This document shows, in pieces, positions 14,901 to 26,450 of a stretch of DNA of 64,000 nt. The first letter of the stretch is position 1; the number at the start of each line of letters is the position of its first letter. Source of the DNA: Antedon mediterranea. Lineage: Eukaryota; Animalia; Echinodermata. The notes beneath the pieces were generated by a model. The model saw nothing but the letters and a program-made list of their open reading frames with translations. It was not told the origin of the DNA and searched no databases. The stretch spans positions 25,727,648 to 25,791,647 of the forward strand of contig NC_092673.1 in the NCBI RefSeq assembly GCF_964355755.1, in the 5' to 3' direction. The translations under genes and the position numbers were made by a program.

Positions 14901-17794
14901 TTTAAACTATTTCGCGACCTTTTATTTTTGCGATTTGAATTTCTTGTGTAATTTTTCTAATTAAATTGGCGAATGTATTTCACCTCCGCGATGAAAGTCA
15001 AATAACAATTGAATAGCATGAGAAACATTACACACGTAGAATAACATAACGTAATAATAACTTTATGGACACACTACAACTGTTTATATGATTTAATGGA
15101 CAAAGGATTCGTAAAGCAAGTACACTATACATATGATTTCATCAAAATTTACCGAAGAAATGTCTAACGCCCGTATTCTTAAACCGGCCTTTAGTCGTAG
15201 TTCGAGCTAAAACTTTAAATATGACGTCATTTTAAGTCATAAACCGAACTTCAACTAAATCGCTGACTAAATCAGGCCAACTTCGAGTAAATCGAAACGG
15301 ATTTTGATCGATTTTTTAAGTCCTGGAGGGGGCAGGCTAAATCGCCGACTAAATGGTTTTTAAACGAGGTTTATAAAAATGTAACAGTTATTGAGTTGTT
15401 ATATTGGCCATATATTGAAGAATAAATCAACGCGTATGAAACTCGACTTCATTAAGACTGTATAAGGGCGCACGAACATGTTATAAGGCTTTACAGTAAT
15501 CTATTGGTTTTTTCCACTCTGGATTCACCACCCATTTCGCCAGAAAAACTCAAACCAATTCCAGTTCTGTGTGGGACTCATTAACCTCATACACAACACA
15601 CTTGGTGCCTTGCTATAATAATAATATACTTACATATTTGTTTTTCAGTGTTTCGACCTTTGCACGCAGAGTTTCTATTGTTGCATCGTTCTGATGATAA
15701 TGTAAGTATAAAACATAAAAATATTAATAGCGATATAAACAACATATTTTGTAATAATTTAAAATAATATAATGATCAACTGATGCTATCTAGCGGCTTA
15801 CCGCCCAATGCACGGGCGCCATCTAATCAGTGAATGAATTTTTAGTTTTACGACCTAAATGTGATGTACAGAATATGACAAATAGTTACCAATCGCCTGT
15901 CGCAAAGAAATTCTAAAAACCCAATCGAATGGATAAAAGGGAATTACGGTTGTAGTTTCGGTCATGCGGTATTTATATAGGGATAGTTTGATAGGATTAG
16001 TGCTATTACGTAGTGTTAATTCATTGTGCGCATGCGGAGATTATTAGGACGTGTGTCCCCGCTCGACCCACCTCGATACATAACAGGTTTGATGGTTTCT
16101 ATTTCAAGGCGACGACCGACGACACATCAATTGACCTGATCTAGGTTGGTTGTCAATCGTCGCGAATCGAAACCTCCCTATTAACTATATATAAATTTAC
16201 GTAAGGGCAAAATTTGGTAAATCGCGCCTTACTTCTAGAATTTTTACTCGATGGTATATAAAGTTGGTTCGTACTTTCGGTACTGATTTTAACCACCTGA
16301 TGTAACCATGTTTACTAATTAAATTAAGTTAGATAATTAGTTATTGACGATTAAAACGAATTTAGGTTCAACGATTTGCCCCAAATAGGGGTGTTTTCCG
16401 ATCGTGGTATACACTGTCTAATGGATGTCCATCTTGAAAAATACCCGCCACAAAAATGCGAGGAGGCTTCGCATTTTCCTATCTCCTCCTACGATAATTG
16501 TTTTTAACAGCATCATAATGTTGAAGACAGGCCGATTTTTTTTTTTAAATACTATTTTGATAGATTTAATATACGATTATACAAATGTATTGATTTTCGA
16601 TGAATGGAACATCCCAATCTCTCAGTCGGCCAGAGTTTGGTTTAACACAAGTAGGTAAATTTATGAGCCCTTGGTTTAACACCTACGGTAGGTAAATATA
16701 TGGGCCCTTTGAGAATAAACTTGCAATACTTTGACAATACTGTAAATACCTATTAACTATTTTTGGTCCTCATTTGAATCGAACATTTCTTACTGTGAAT
16801 GTTCGTACTGTTAGATGTAATATAAAAATATATACAAATAAACTTTATTACTGAGATTGTGGTTAGGCTCTACTGTTAGATATATAAACACATATACAAA
16901 TAAACTTTATACTGACAGTTCCTTCTCAACGTTTGTATCAATTAATAATTACCAATAATACAAACGTCGTAGTGGTGTATCGTGACATGTACTTTAATAT
17001 TTCAATCGATTATGACAGTGACAGTTTTAACAAAGTATTAAATCGCAAATGTTTTACTGTATTTAGAGGTATATTATTTATAGGCCTATAAAACATGAAC
17101 AAAATATTTCGTTACTGAGTGGATAAAGAATATATTTAAAAATTGTTCCTCTTTGTACCTATCCGCTTTCCCATCCCTCAACCCTAATGTTACATACAAA
17201 ACACAAATTGGGTTTCTTTAAATGAGTTCAAATCAAAAATGTGGACTCATTTTTTGATAAGTTTCTCCTTCGGAAGTAATTCCCAGGGTGCTAATTTTAG
17301 TTGACTACATAAATCATCGTGTCTATTTATTCGTTTCTGTAAACGACAATGTATTGTAGTCCTGCGGTACGTACATTTGAAATCGCCAGTTTTGTTACGC
17401 TGAAATTACTGTGTATTCGAGAACCATCTGTGGGCACGACCTAGATGGTACGCGAGCTGCAGTGACATTAAAACAAAACGTAAACATCACATACAGGATT
17501 GATGCCACGAAAACATACCCAACGTAGCGCTCAAATAGACACCTATGAAACAGAGGAAACGACTTGGAAGAAACTCGTTTTAACAAACCTGAAGAAAGAC
17601 TAATTTATCGAGGTAAAACACGACATGTGACGAAGGCGAAGTCTAAGATGGACAAAAATTCAGGTATTTTGTATTCGTAAAACTCCAAAATTCAGGGATT
17701 TTGTATTTGTAAAACTCCAACAGAGTGCTATATTGATGAAAATTGACAATAACAAATGTAGATAAGAAAATGTAAAAACAACTTACATTGTCAT
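11939..17794 (-). CDS. Gene A: secreted four-helix-bundle (LIF/IL-6-family-like) cytokine candidate, 6 exons, ~200 aa
   Basis: GT-AG exons 17794-17787, 17542-17410, 15690-15634, 14517-14449, 13242-13048 and 12079-11939 splice in frame: MTMCLFERYVGYVFVASILYVMFTFCFNVTA-ARVPSRSCPQMVLEYT/NDATIETLRAKVETLKNKY/VNNGGTIGNAQENEISTRLPIDL/DREKRYLLEAVMNNLELYNRCMKQLKTIELELYKVLKDNPTVHHGQDFQDIIDDTKIIIDKLQTN/PLIVTPLAHTTGGAGQIDFKKAKFEILGKYNEYLKEAQSVFSMGDV*. The start is ambiguous (an upstream ATG lies at 17834). TATA-like element near 17940. Confidence 0.75.
13370..14430 (+). mobile_element. 5'-truncated non-LTR retrotransposon (reverse transcriptase fragment) in intron 4 of gene A
   Basis: Degenerate RT motifs LDASKAYD (~13481), GVRQGGIMSPLLYNVFM (~13630) and YADDM (~13752), the C-terminal ORF 13805-14158, and an AATAAA tail near 14408. 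Confidence 0.85.
16185..16620. repeat. Dispersed repeat with an inverted copy at ~61115-61592
   Basis: 'aaatttacgtaagggcaaaatt...cttctagaatttttactcgatggtatataaagtt' matches the reverse complement of 61400-61590; 16470-16612 matches 61188-61365 directly. Confidence 0.7.
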
Positions 17795-20624
17795 TAGATG
17801 CCACCGATTGAGATGATTCCCCTTCACTCGACATCTTTGATTTCTTTACGTATCCTGATACTATCAGTAATTTAGATTAGAACTGCAAATATACCTAGAC
17901 GCTGATACCTAGTGAATCACGAAACAAACGTCGACTTTATATATACTGTATATTACTTTACTGACATATTACTGGCCAATCGTAATTCGTTTCCTTATTC
18001 GATGGATGATATTATTTATTACAAAGTGAACAATTATGTCTTTATTTTTGCTAGAAAATTAAGACTTTTAATAACGAAAAAAATATATTGTATTATTAAA
18101 TCTTAAATTACAAATGAGTTTGTTATTTGAAAATTAGTTTCGTTTTGAATTCTTTTACTATTTTGTATATAATGTTAATATTGTATTTGTAATATCGCTG
18201 GTTTTAGAAATAAAGACAAATAAACTTTAAATAATATATTAATGATTTGGTCGTAGATAAAAAATTCCAAAAAAAGTCTACAGAAATTTTTTTTTTTAAT
18301 AATTAAAAAATTATTAAAATTTAACATGAAGAAGTTTACAACAAAGAATAGGGACCTGTATCTCCACATCACACAATGTTATTATTATCTGTCTGCAAAT
18401 TCTTTAATGCCGTGTTGCATGTATAACATGTGACACCTGTGTTATGGTTAAGGCCTTATACAGGTATCACATGTGATGCATGCACCAAGAGTCTTCTATC
18501 TGCATCATGTATGCTTAAGTATTCATTTTGATAATTTTAGTTTTTCTGATATTTTATTATAAAACAATAATGTTATTGTTCTTTCTCTTTTCAAAGAAAT
18601 GTATCAATTCAAATTTCCACGACGTAATCGGCGCATATGATTTTCCAGGTGCCTATGCCTTTGTTTCATTTTCACTTTGAGCTCAAAGTACAAAAAAGAA
18701 AGAAATATTATTGAAAATGTAGGTTTTCAAAACAAAGGATACTTGACGGTTATTGCCCTTTACCTCCATCAAAGAATAATTTTTTTGTCGGTTTGTCTGT
18801 TTTATATAAAACATATTTGTTCCAATCGTTTGGATATTTTCGTCTGGACATGTATTATGTTCCGTAACACAGGACAATCGACGTGTATGGTCCGAAATTA
18901 TAAATGATTGTTGTGGATTTTTCTTTTAAAAATGGACTAAAAATAGTATATAAAATGTGAACAATAACTACAAAACTGCATCATTAAAATATACATTATA
19001 TGACACTAGCGATGCCCTCATATATCGTCAAGCAAAACCTCGGAGTTGGGTTGTGACCTTTCCCCCTTCAAATTGATAATTACCCTTCAAAATCGAACTC
19101 CGGTGATATTTTAGGTCGTAGAACATTGTGGTTAAGGTTGGTGAGATTCGAATAAAAACGGTGGAATATCGCACAAACACTATAGACAGACGAGCGGTAA
19201 CGATAATACAAATATAGAATCTTATGTTATTCTTTGAGAACATTAAAGCGTGGTTCCCACTAACGTAACGCAAGGACGTAAACGCAACGCAAGCGTTTTA
19301 ACCAATAACAAGCGAAGTTATAGACAGTTAGCAATCACAAGCGAATAAGCCATCCTTGCGTTGCGTCGCTAGTGGGAACCACCCTTTACAAAAAAAAAGA
19401 ACAGACGGGCGGGAGGTTTCCTCTCGGATTCGACGTAAGACAAGATACGCGTTGTATAAATTGGCCTTTATTTGTTATAGACGGAGGTAATAACGTGTTC
19501 CCACTAGAACAATTTAAAGCGTGGTTCCCACTAGAGCGCAAAGCAGCGACGTATTGACGCAAAGTGGCGAGCGCAAACACAATTATTGGAAGGGCATTTT
19601 CTTACGCTGCGTAGGTTGCGTTACGTTGCGTCGCTACTGGGAACCAAACTTAACCAATCATGACGCGATTAATCGTTGCGATTGTACAATTACTTGGGTG
19701 AAAAATATAACAAAATGTTCGTTTTATGTTTATATAAACAAAACAAATTATAAGGAAATAGAGCGTATGTTTTTATTGCATAAAAATATAAATACTATAA
19801 TTTAATATATTGCTATTTTTGGTTTAAAGCTAGCAAACGTTAAATATTGAGTACTTGCAAGACTAATGATTAAATATTAATCTTAAACTTAATTAAATTA
19901 AATTTTTCTTTTTACAAAAGACATTTCTATTTCTTAACATCAAGAAACATAATATTTCTTATTATTCTTCACTTAAAAAATATCCTTGTATATAATACAA
20001 TGTTAGGCCTACTCCCATAATGAATAACCTATTGCAATATTCGTAACTTTAGAATTTCAATTTTAGAATTTAAAAACAATACATGTATGATTTATTTCTT
20101 TTTTATTTTTAAATGCGCCTTGAGCACTCTGGAGTGGTATGTGCGCTATAAAAATCTTATTATTATTATTATTATTATTATTATTTTAATGTTATTAGTT
20201 GCAAACTGCATTGTTTTTTTTTGTACCACTATAACCTTCTTAAATCATGTATTTTATATGAAACACAGGTAAATTTGTTTTACCAAATCATTTTTTTATA
20301 TCAGCAGCTTAAATAAAATAGAGCTAAGTTATGAAATCCCATTGAATAAGAATTCACTTATATTAATGTGTTACTTCTAATATATTGCCTTATCTGAACC
20401 AACCAAATATTGGCATACTATATTTTATTTTGTAATTCATATATCACAAATAATTTGAAGCTATGTCGACTATCAAACTAGTTTGTCAAAAAAGTGTTAT
20501 TTGCCCAACTATTGTAGTGATATGACATCACCATGTCCATATATGGGCACATCACTTTTTTTGTCACAAAGTTTTATAGTGCATACAGAGCTTAAGGATT
20601 GAATCAAATGGTGTGTGTTTGTTT

Positions 20625-20925
20625 TATCTTTATACTGGGTAACCTCTTCAGTCAAAGACTGATCTCCCAGAGGGCCCAGTTGGTGATCAGTGGCTGTGAT
20701 GTACTAATACACCGGGGTAACCCCCTACTCGTCTTGAAAGATGTACTAGGTTCTTTAAAGTGCACACGAGCAAGTTGTGTACACTGGACCTACGGTTTAT
20801 AGTCCTTATCCGAGAAGACTCGTTCTACCACCAGAACCATGGAGTGAGTGAGCCTCGAACCCCTGCCGATGTTATGGCTACGTGATTACGGTTCCACTGT
20901 CTTAACCGCTCGGCCACTCACTCAC
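20625..20925 (-). mobile_element. tRNA-derived SINE (Meta-domain-like)
   Basis: On the minus strand: A box TGGCCGAGCGG, B box GGTTCGAGGCT, then TCGGATAAGGACTATAAACCGTAGGTCC. Its 3' part recurs at 7953-8048. Confidence 0.75.
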
Positions 20926-20967
20926 TGTGCGTAATACTCTAAAAGCGAGGACACCTCATAAGCACTT

Positions 20968-23309
20968 TTAAATATACACCTCAAAGTCTGTTACAGCTCT
21001 TTGGAGATACATTTCATATTTCTTCAAAAATATAAGAGTTTCGCAATCCAAAGTCAATTTTTCTGATGACATGTTATAATCGCATGAGTTGCTTGTCAGC
21101 GATGTTCCCGTCAAGTTGTTCTCTTGTAACTACAAAACAACAATATTATCATAAATCAATATTATTATGTTAGGATTTGAAATATTATAGTTATTATAAT
21201 AAGCAGACTGTTGTTCTACATTTTAATTATTGGCCAATCAAATTCTTTTAAAAATGTTAAGGTTATATTACTATGTAAATTATTTATATACATTCTTATA
21301 AATATCTTATTTCACTAATGTGTAAAATGAGACGTAACACATATTTAAAAATTCAACCAATTGCAAGCACACAAAGAAAGGATAGTGTGTGTTAAGCTAT
21401 AGATGTCTACTAGACTTAAACTAGTTTGATAAAAAAAGTGTGATGTGCCCAAATATGGTAGTGATATGACATCATCATGTCCATATATGGGCACATCACA
21501 TTTTGTTGTCACATAAAGTTTGATAGTGTAGATACATAAATACAGGTGTAGTTCATTTTTAGTCGCCTGGACGCGACTCTATAGTTCACTATGTCGGTCA
21601 GTCTGTCGGTCTGTCGGACTGTCGGTCGGTCCGGTATCACTATGCGTTTTAGCACGCGACTTATGGCTGTTGGCCTTGTTTACTTACTATATTGTTTATC
21701 TTGCTAATAACACTATCTGTAGATGTAAGAATGCTCTGAAATTCGTCGACGTAGTCAATAGGATAATTTTGGTGTAGAGTTGCCTCAGCAGATGTAATTT
21801 CTGTCATGAATTCCTTGTAAACTGTTATGTCATTCATGTAAGTTGCTAGCATATCTCCCTCCTGCCAAATGATATTAAATATACAATTTACTGGCCTAAA
21901 ATTTACTGCTTCTTTCAGAAAAGTATTACTTAGATTTAAAACAATAAACAGTTTGCAAAAAAAAATCAAAAACTAGAAAATTGCTGATTAAATTGTATAA
22001 ACTTGACTAAAAATGAAAATTCACCATAGAAATATTATACATTTAGTTTATGTCAATTAATTATCATTAATATCATACAGTATTAAGTAAATTTCCTGCC
22101 CATGAATATGATGCTTCATCAATGAAGGTTAGGTTAAATGTTGGTTCATATACTGCTAACGATATCGAACGACGAACTACTAAAAAATCGAAAACGTTTT
22201 CATCTTGGAATTATATAGGATAACCATTTATGCTGTCTTTGATAAAAATATTTTTTTCAAAATTCCAATCAAATGACTAGACTATTAAGAGCAATAGTAT
22301 TGTGACGATACATCGATTATGTTGTTCTTATTGATCATGACGTCATTTGATTAGATTGTAAACAATATTATTATCAGACAACATAAATGTTATTCTATAA
22401 TTCTAAAATGTAAAAACTTTGTTATCGTCCTTAGGTTATGGTCTATACCACATAATTGATGTTTTCTATGATCTGAACCAAAGTAATCTTCTTAAATTGC
22501 CTTGACTAGACACATTAGTTAGAATCGGCCACAGCGTATCACCAAATAGTAACTAAATTCGTTTTACAACTTACTGTTATAGAAAGGGTATTGAATACGC
22601 TTGGTGGCTGAAGTTCCTCTTCCAGATTAATGTTAGAAGAATCAAATCTACAATCGAATTATGAAACTCATTATAAAAACATTGAACAGTATAAGAGAAA
22701 AGAAAAACAAATCTCGGCCCACTGAACATCCCCAATAACTGAATATCACGCTGTTTTAATTTTTCTTGACTACAGTAGACACATTACTTAGAATCGGCTA
22801 AAAAAACTTACTGTTATATTATTGCAATTATAAAGTCCCAGAATAATGTCAGGAGAATTAAATCGGTCCACTATCTACAATCAAAATATGACAATCATTA
22901 CAAAAATATTGAACTTTTAAAGTTTAAAAAAAATCTCCGGTCCACTAAACATCCCCGATAACTGAACATCACGCTGTTATCTATTTCCATTAAACTGTAT
23001 GTTTTAGAGAATATCAAAACCAAAAGAACAGGAAAATGGGATGCTTTTCCCTCACCGTCCCATGACTCCGGGAGCAGAAGTTGCACTTTAATAATCTGGA
23101 AAATTAGGCTTTAAAATCACAAAGACAGGAAATAAAATGATATAGAATGAATTTGTAGTCGCGGTTCTATATTTAAAATATATGTTTGTATTTATTTGTT
23201 TATAATATATTTGCTTTAGCTTATTTTATTTGATACTTACATAACTGTTAAGAATATTTTCTTCAAGTGTTATTAATTCGGCCGTTGCTCTTACAAGCAC
23301 ACCGTATTT
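20968..23309 (-). pseudogene. Gene B: cytokine-like paralog; exons 3-6 recognisable, 5' exons unresolved (partial gene or pseudogene)
   Basis: Exons 23309-23241 (KYGVLVRATAELITLEENILNSY), 22874-22812 (IVDRFNSPDIILGLYNCNNIT; a frameshifted duplicate lies at 22647-22575), 21861-21688 (EGDMLATYMNDITVYKEFMTEITSAEATLHQNYPIDYVDEFQSILTSTDSVISKINNI) and 21129-20968 (LQENNLTGTSLTSNSCDYNMSSEKLTLDCETLIFLKKYEMYLQRAVTDFEVYI*). I found no stop-free signal-peptide exons upstream. Confidence 0.65.
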
Positions 23310-24199
23310 CTGTTTGTAGAAAGCAAAATATGCAATTATGTTATAGCTAAGATAGAAATTATCAGTCATTATGAAATATACCTGATGTATTAGCGTATAA
23401 AAACGTTATTCGTTAAAATGTTGCTTAGGATGTTCACGGATTTAACGAAGATATTCAAAACCACAAATTCTAAAAAAAAGAAAAAAGCTTTTGTGGCGGA
23501 AATATTTATAGATAGAATTATACAAATTAAGAAAATTGAAAACCACTCATAGGTTATAATAGTGGTAAAACGAAGTATTACTTCCTCTTTCTATAAAAAT
23601 TGCTCAAAGAAGCTTGAATTGTACGTTTTAGTTGGAAAACATAAGAAAAAGACAGCCAAGAACCAAGCAACGGATCGGAGTTTCTAAAGTTATTTTTAAT
23701 TTTTATCTTAAAGGATATTGGAAAGGCATGCCAATTAGAAATAATTACAGTTATTTAAAAAAATTGCACATAGAGTTTAAATGTGAGTGTGACAAAGTCA
23801 TTATTGGTTATTCTAAGACTATACATTGCCGTTTCTTGTCTTCTGAATGCAATCTTTCTTCCACTAAGAAAATGTACCTCTTTTCAAATACGTTTTTTTA
23901 ACGCTTTTCGGCAAGCCAGTTGTTTGAATGAATGGTTTGGTTTTAACGTTATATCCAGCAGTGAAAGAGAGGTTATCTCTAGATTCGGGGTGTTATGGAT
24001 TGGCCCGTTACCGTCGTTTGACATGAATACCCCCACATTTTGTTGTCTCTAGACATAGTACCGTTCAAGAATCGCCAGAATTAGACAACCCTTTCACACC
24101 TGAAAAATCAGTGTATTGGCTCTGGTACCTATAATATTTAACGTGTAGCCAGTCTATAGTTTCTTGAGTGTGGTAATATGAATATAACCATGAGTAAAA

Positions 24200-25070
24200 T
24201 GAATAAAATGGGAATATCGGAAATAAACATGGATTTACGGATGTGTAATTTACAATAAATAGCATTTTTAATTTTCTATTTTAAAATTTATAATCTAAAA
24301 ACATTTCCGGTAACTTTATTCGATATATTTTCGAAATAGTGCAATCAAGGTTCGTTTTGTGTTTATCTATCTTTATAGTATTTGTTGTTATTGTGTGGTA
24401 TGTTATTTAGGTAGCTGTTTCGTTCTTTTTAAAATGTATCTTTCTACAATGTCATATTTTAACATAATTTTTGTTTTGAATATTGGCATACTGTATAAAT
24501 GTAGGTATGCCTACCGTTCTTTATTGAAACTTTCTTCTTAGCATTTTTTGTTTTGTTTATTGTTTTGCGTTGACTAATAAGGAAACTCGATACCAACTGA
24601 CTGATCTCATCTATGTTCTTAAATACAGTTATGTAATGTTTGGTATTAATTTCTTTGAGGCAGCTTTAATGGTACTTATTTTTTGTTAATGTTCAATTAA
24701 ATAGAGCAATACTATAAAAATAGTTGAGTTTCCCCACCACCAATATTCCATAATTGAAATACCGCATACCGAGTCGGTAACATTATAGGCATAAATATCG
24801 ACCATCCGCCCAATATGACGTGGTGGTGGTTATGTGGTCTTCTGCGCGTCCTCTTTATATATGCTGTAGAGTAGAAATTGGGGCTTTCTTTCTCATAACC
24901 GCAATATGCCTTTATTGAAATACAAACTTCCACCCAACAGGGTGTGGTGACGGTGGTTATTTAATTCCGCATAGATCCTACCCAATTTTTAAAAGTTTCA
25001 TATTTGGGATTTCAAAATTCGGCTACTGTAGGCCTATAAGGCTTAGTGACGTAAGATATATATTTTAATA

Positions 25071-25129
<59 letters not shown>

Positions 25130-25700
25130 ATATATAAACACAAGAGGCAAACAACATTAATTCTAAACCGCCCGGTGATATACTGACATTTAATTAATTT
25201 GACACGATAAAGATGAGGAAATCTGTGAGAATGAGAAAAAGTCGCCCCAACCGAGACTATATATATATATATCAAATTCTGATTAATCTTCATTTTTAAT
25301 ATTTTTGGGGTACATTACATCTTTAAAGGACGTCCAACCAAGATCAATGATAATAAGAAATCATATTTTCTTGACTTGATTTTAGCAGCACGTCTTTATT
25401 TCTTAGAACTATCAATAAAACAATGTAAGGTATTACTCCATACTGTAATTCCATATTCAGTAAACAAAAATGTTCAAACAATTTGACTAGACTATATTGT
25501 CATACACCTGCTGAACTCATTCCCAGGTGTGCTTCCGTCGGACCCATTCCCAGGCGATTTGTCTGAGATGATCATTGAAGTTACCTACTGAAAGACGAGT
25601 ATCCCATGAAAAACCAATATATTTAGATGTAGTAAATTGCTTATTTTTACGAATAGAATAAATACGATATTAAATGCATTATTCAACCTTAATGCTGTTT
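24200..25700. repeat. Segmental duplicate of 44181-45735 (partly also 31035-31475)
   Basis: ORFs 24359/44340 and 24712/44693 are essentially identical (offset 19981); includes the (TA)n at 25075 / 45053. Confidence 0.9.
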
Positions 25701-25705
25701 TAAAT

Positions 25706-25860
25706 TGTAGATAGGTACTGGATGTTTCGTGTTTGTATTTCCTTTCTCAAAATCGTATTCGGCTATTTGAAGATATTCACCATATTCTCCCAACCTTGAG
25801 CGTTTCGGCTTTCAGTATCACTTTTTTCAAGTTGTGGTGTAAAGTGTTGGCATAAGTAAC
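25706..25860 (-). pseudogene. Relic of an F-type terminal (helix D) exon; also at 32174-32315 and 46406-46548
   Basis: Translates with a frameshift to KVILKAETLKV/GEYGEYLQIAEYDFEK...HPVPI, versus gene F KVMLNVETLKILEEYDEYLRIAEYDFEE...HPAPI. Confidence 0.8.
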
Positions 25861-26450
25861 AAATATGATAGGATGAAAATCATTCGTATACTTCCGTTTT
25901 ATTTTATTTTGCAATTAAACTAATATATATTTATTACACAATTATTATAAATAGCATATAACAAGGGTAAATAGTTTAAAAGAAAATAGGTACGTAATAT
26001 ATATACTTCATTAAGGTTCTGTAGCACACATAATTATAAATTACCCATGACTTTTACTATCATTTACAATAAATAAAGTAAATTTATTTTGTGTTTAATT
26101 AATTCAATTTAAAATTTAAATTATCTTTATTAATCCTTTTGAAAATTCATTGACATATATATATATATCAATATTAAATTAAATGTACAAAAACATCATA
26201 TATAAAATATATACATATCTATTTCAATACTTCTTTAAATATAGGACTATGTGACTTTTTAATGTCATCCTGTATAAATATTAAATAGTTAAATACAAAA
26301 ATAAATATTCGTAAAATTTATAAAACGCGCTATAATATAATAAAGATAAAGTTATATTTGTATCCATTTTAATTTCATTTTATATTAAAATTGAACTATT
26401 TAAAAACTGATAGAACTTATTGCAATCTGCTCTGGAAAACTGTAATATAG

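Noticed and set aside
23380-23690. Candidate exons 1-2 of gene B (KLRSVAWFLAVFFLCFPTK..., FVVLNIFVKSV...)
   Set aside because: Hydrophobic and signal-like, but every frame I tried hits a stop before a usable donor, so they are not included in the model.
24359-24933. ORFs repeated at 44340-44914
   Set aside because: Identity reflects segmental duplication of intergenic DNA; there are no coding features or splice context.
26080-26450. AU-rich (ATTTA) instability elements in the 3' UTRs
   Set aside because: Present and consistent with cytokine mRNAs, but not distinguishable from background in such AT-rich DNA.
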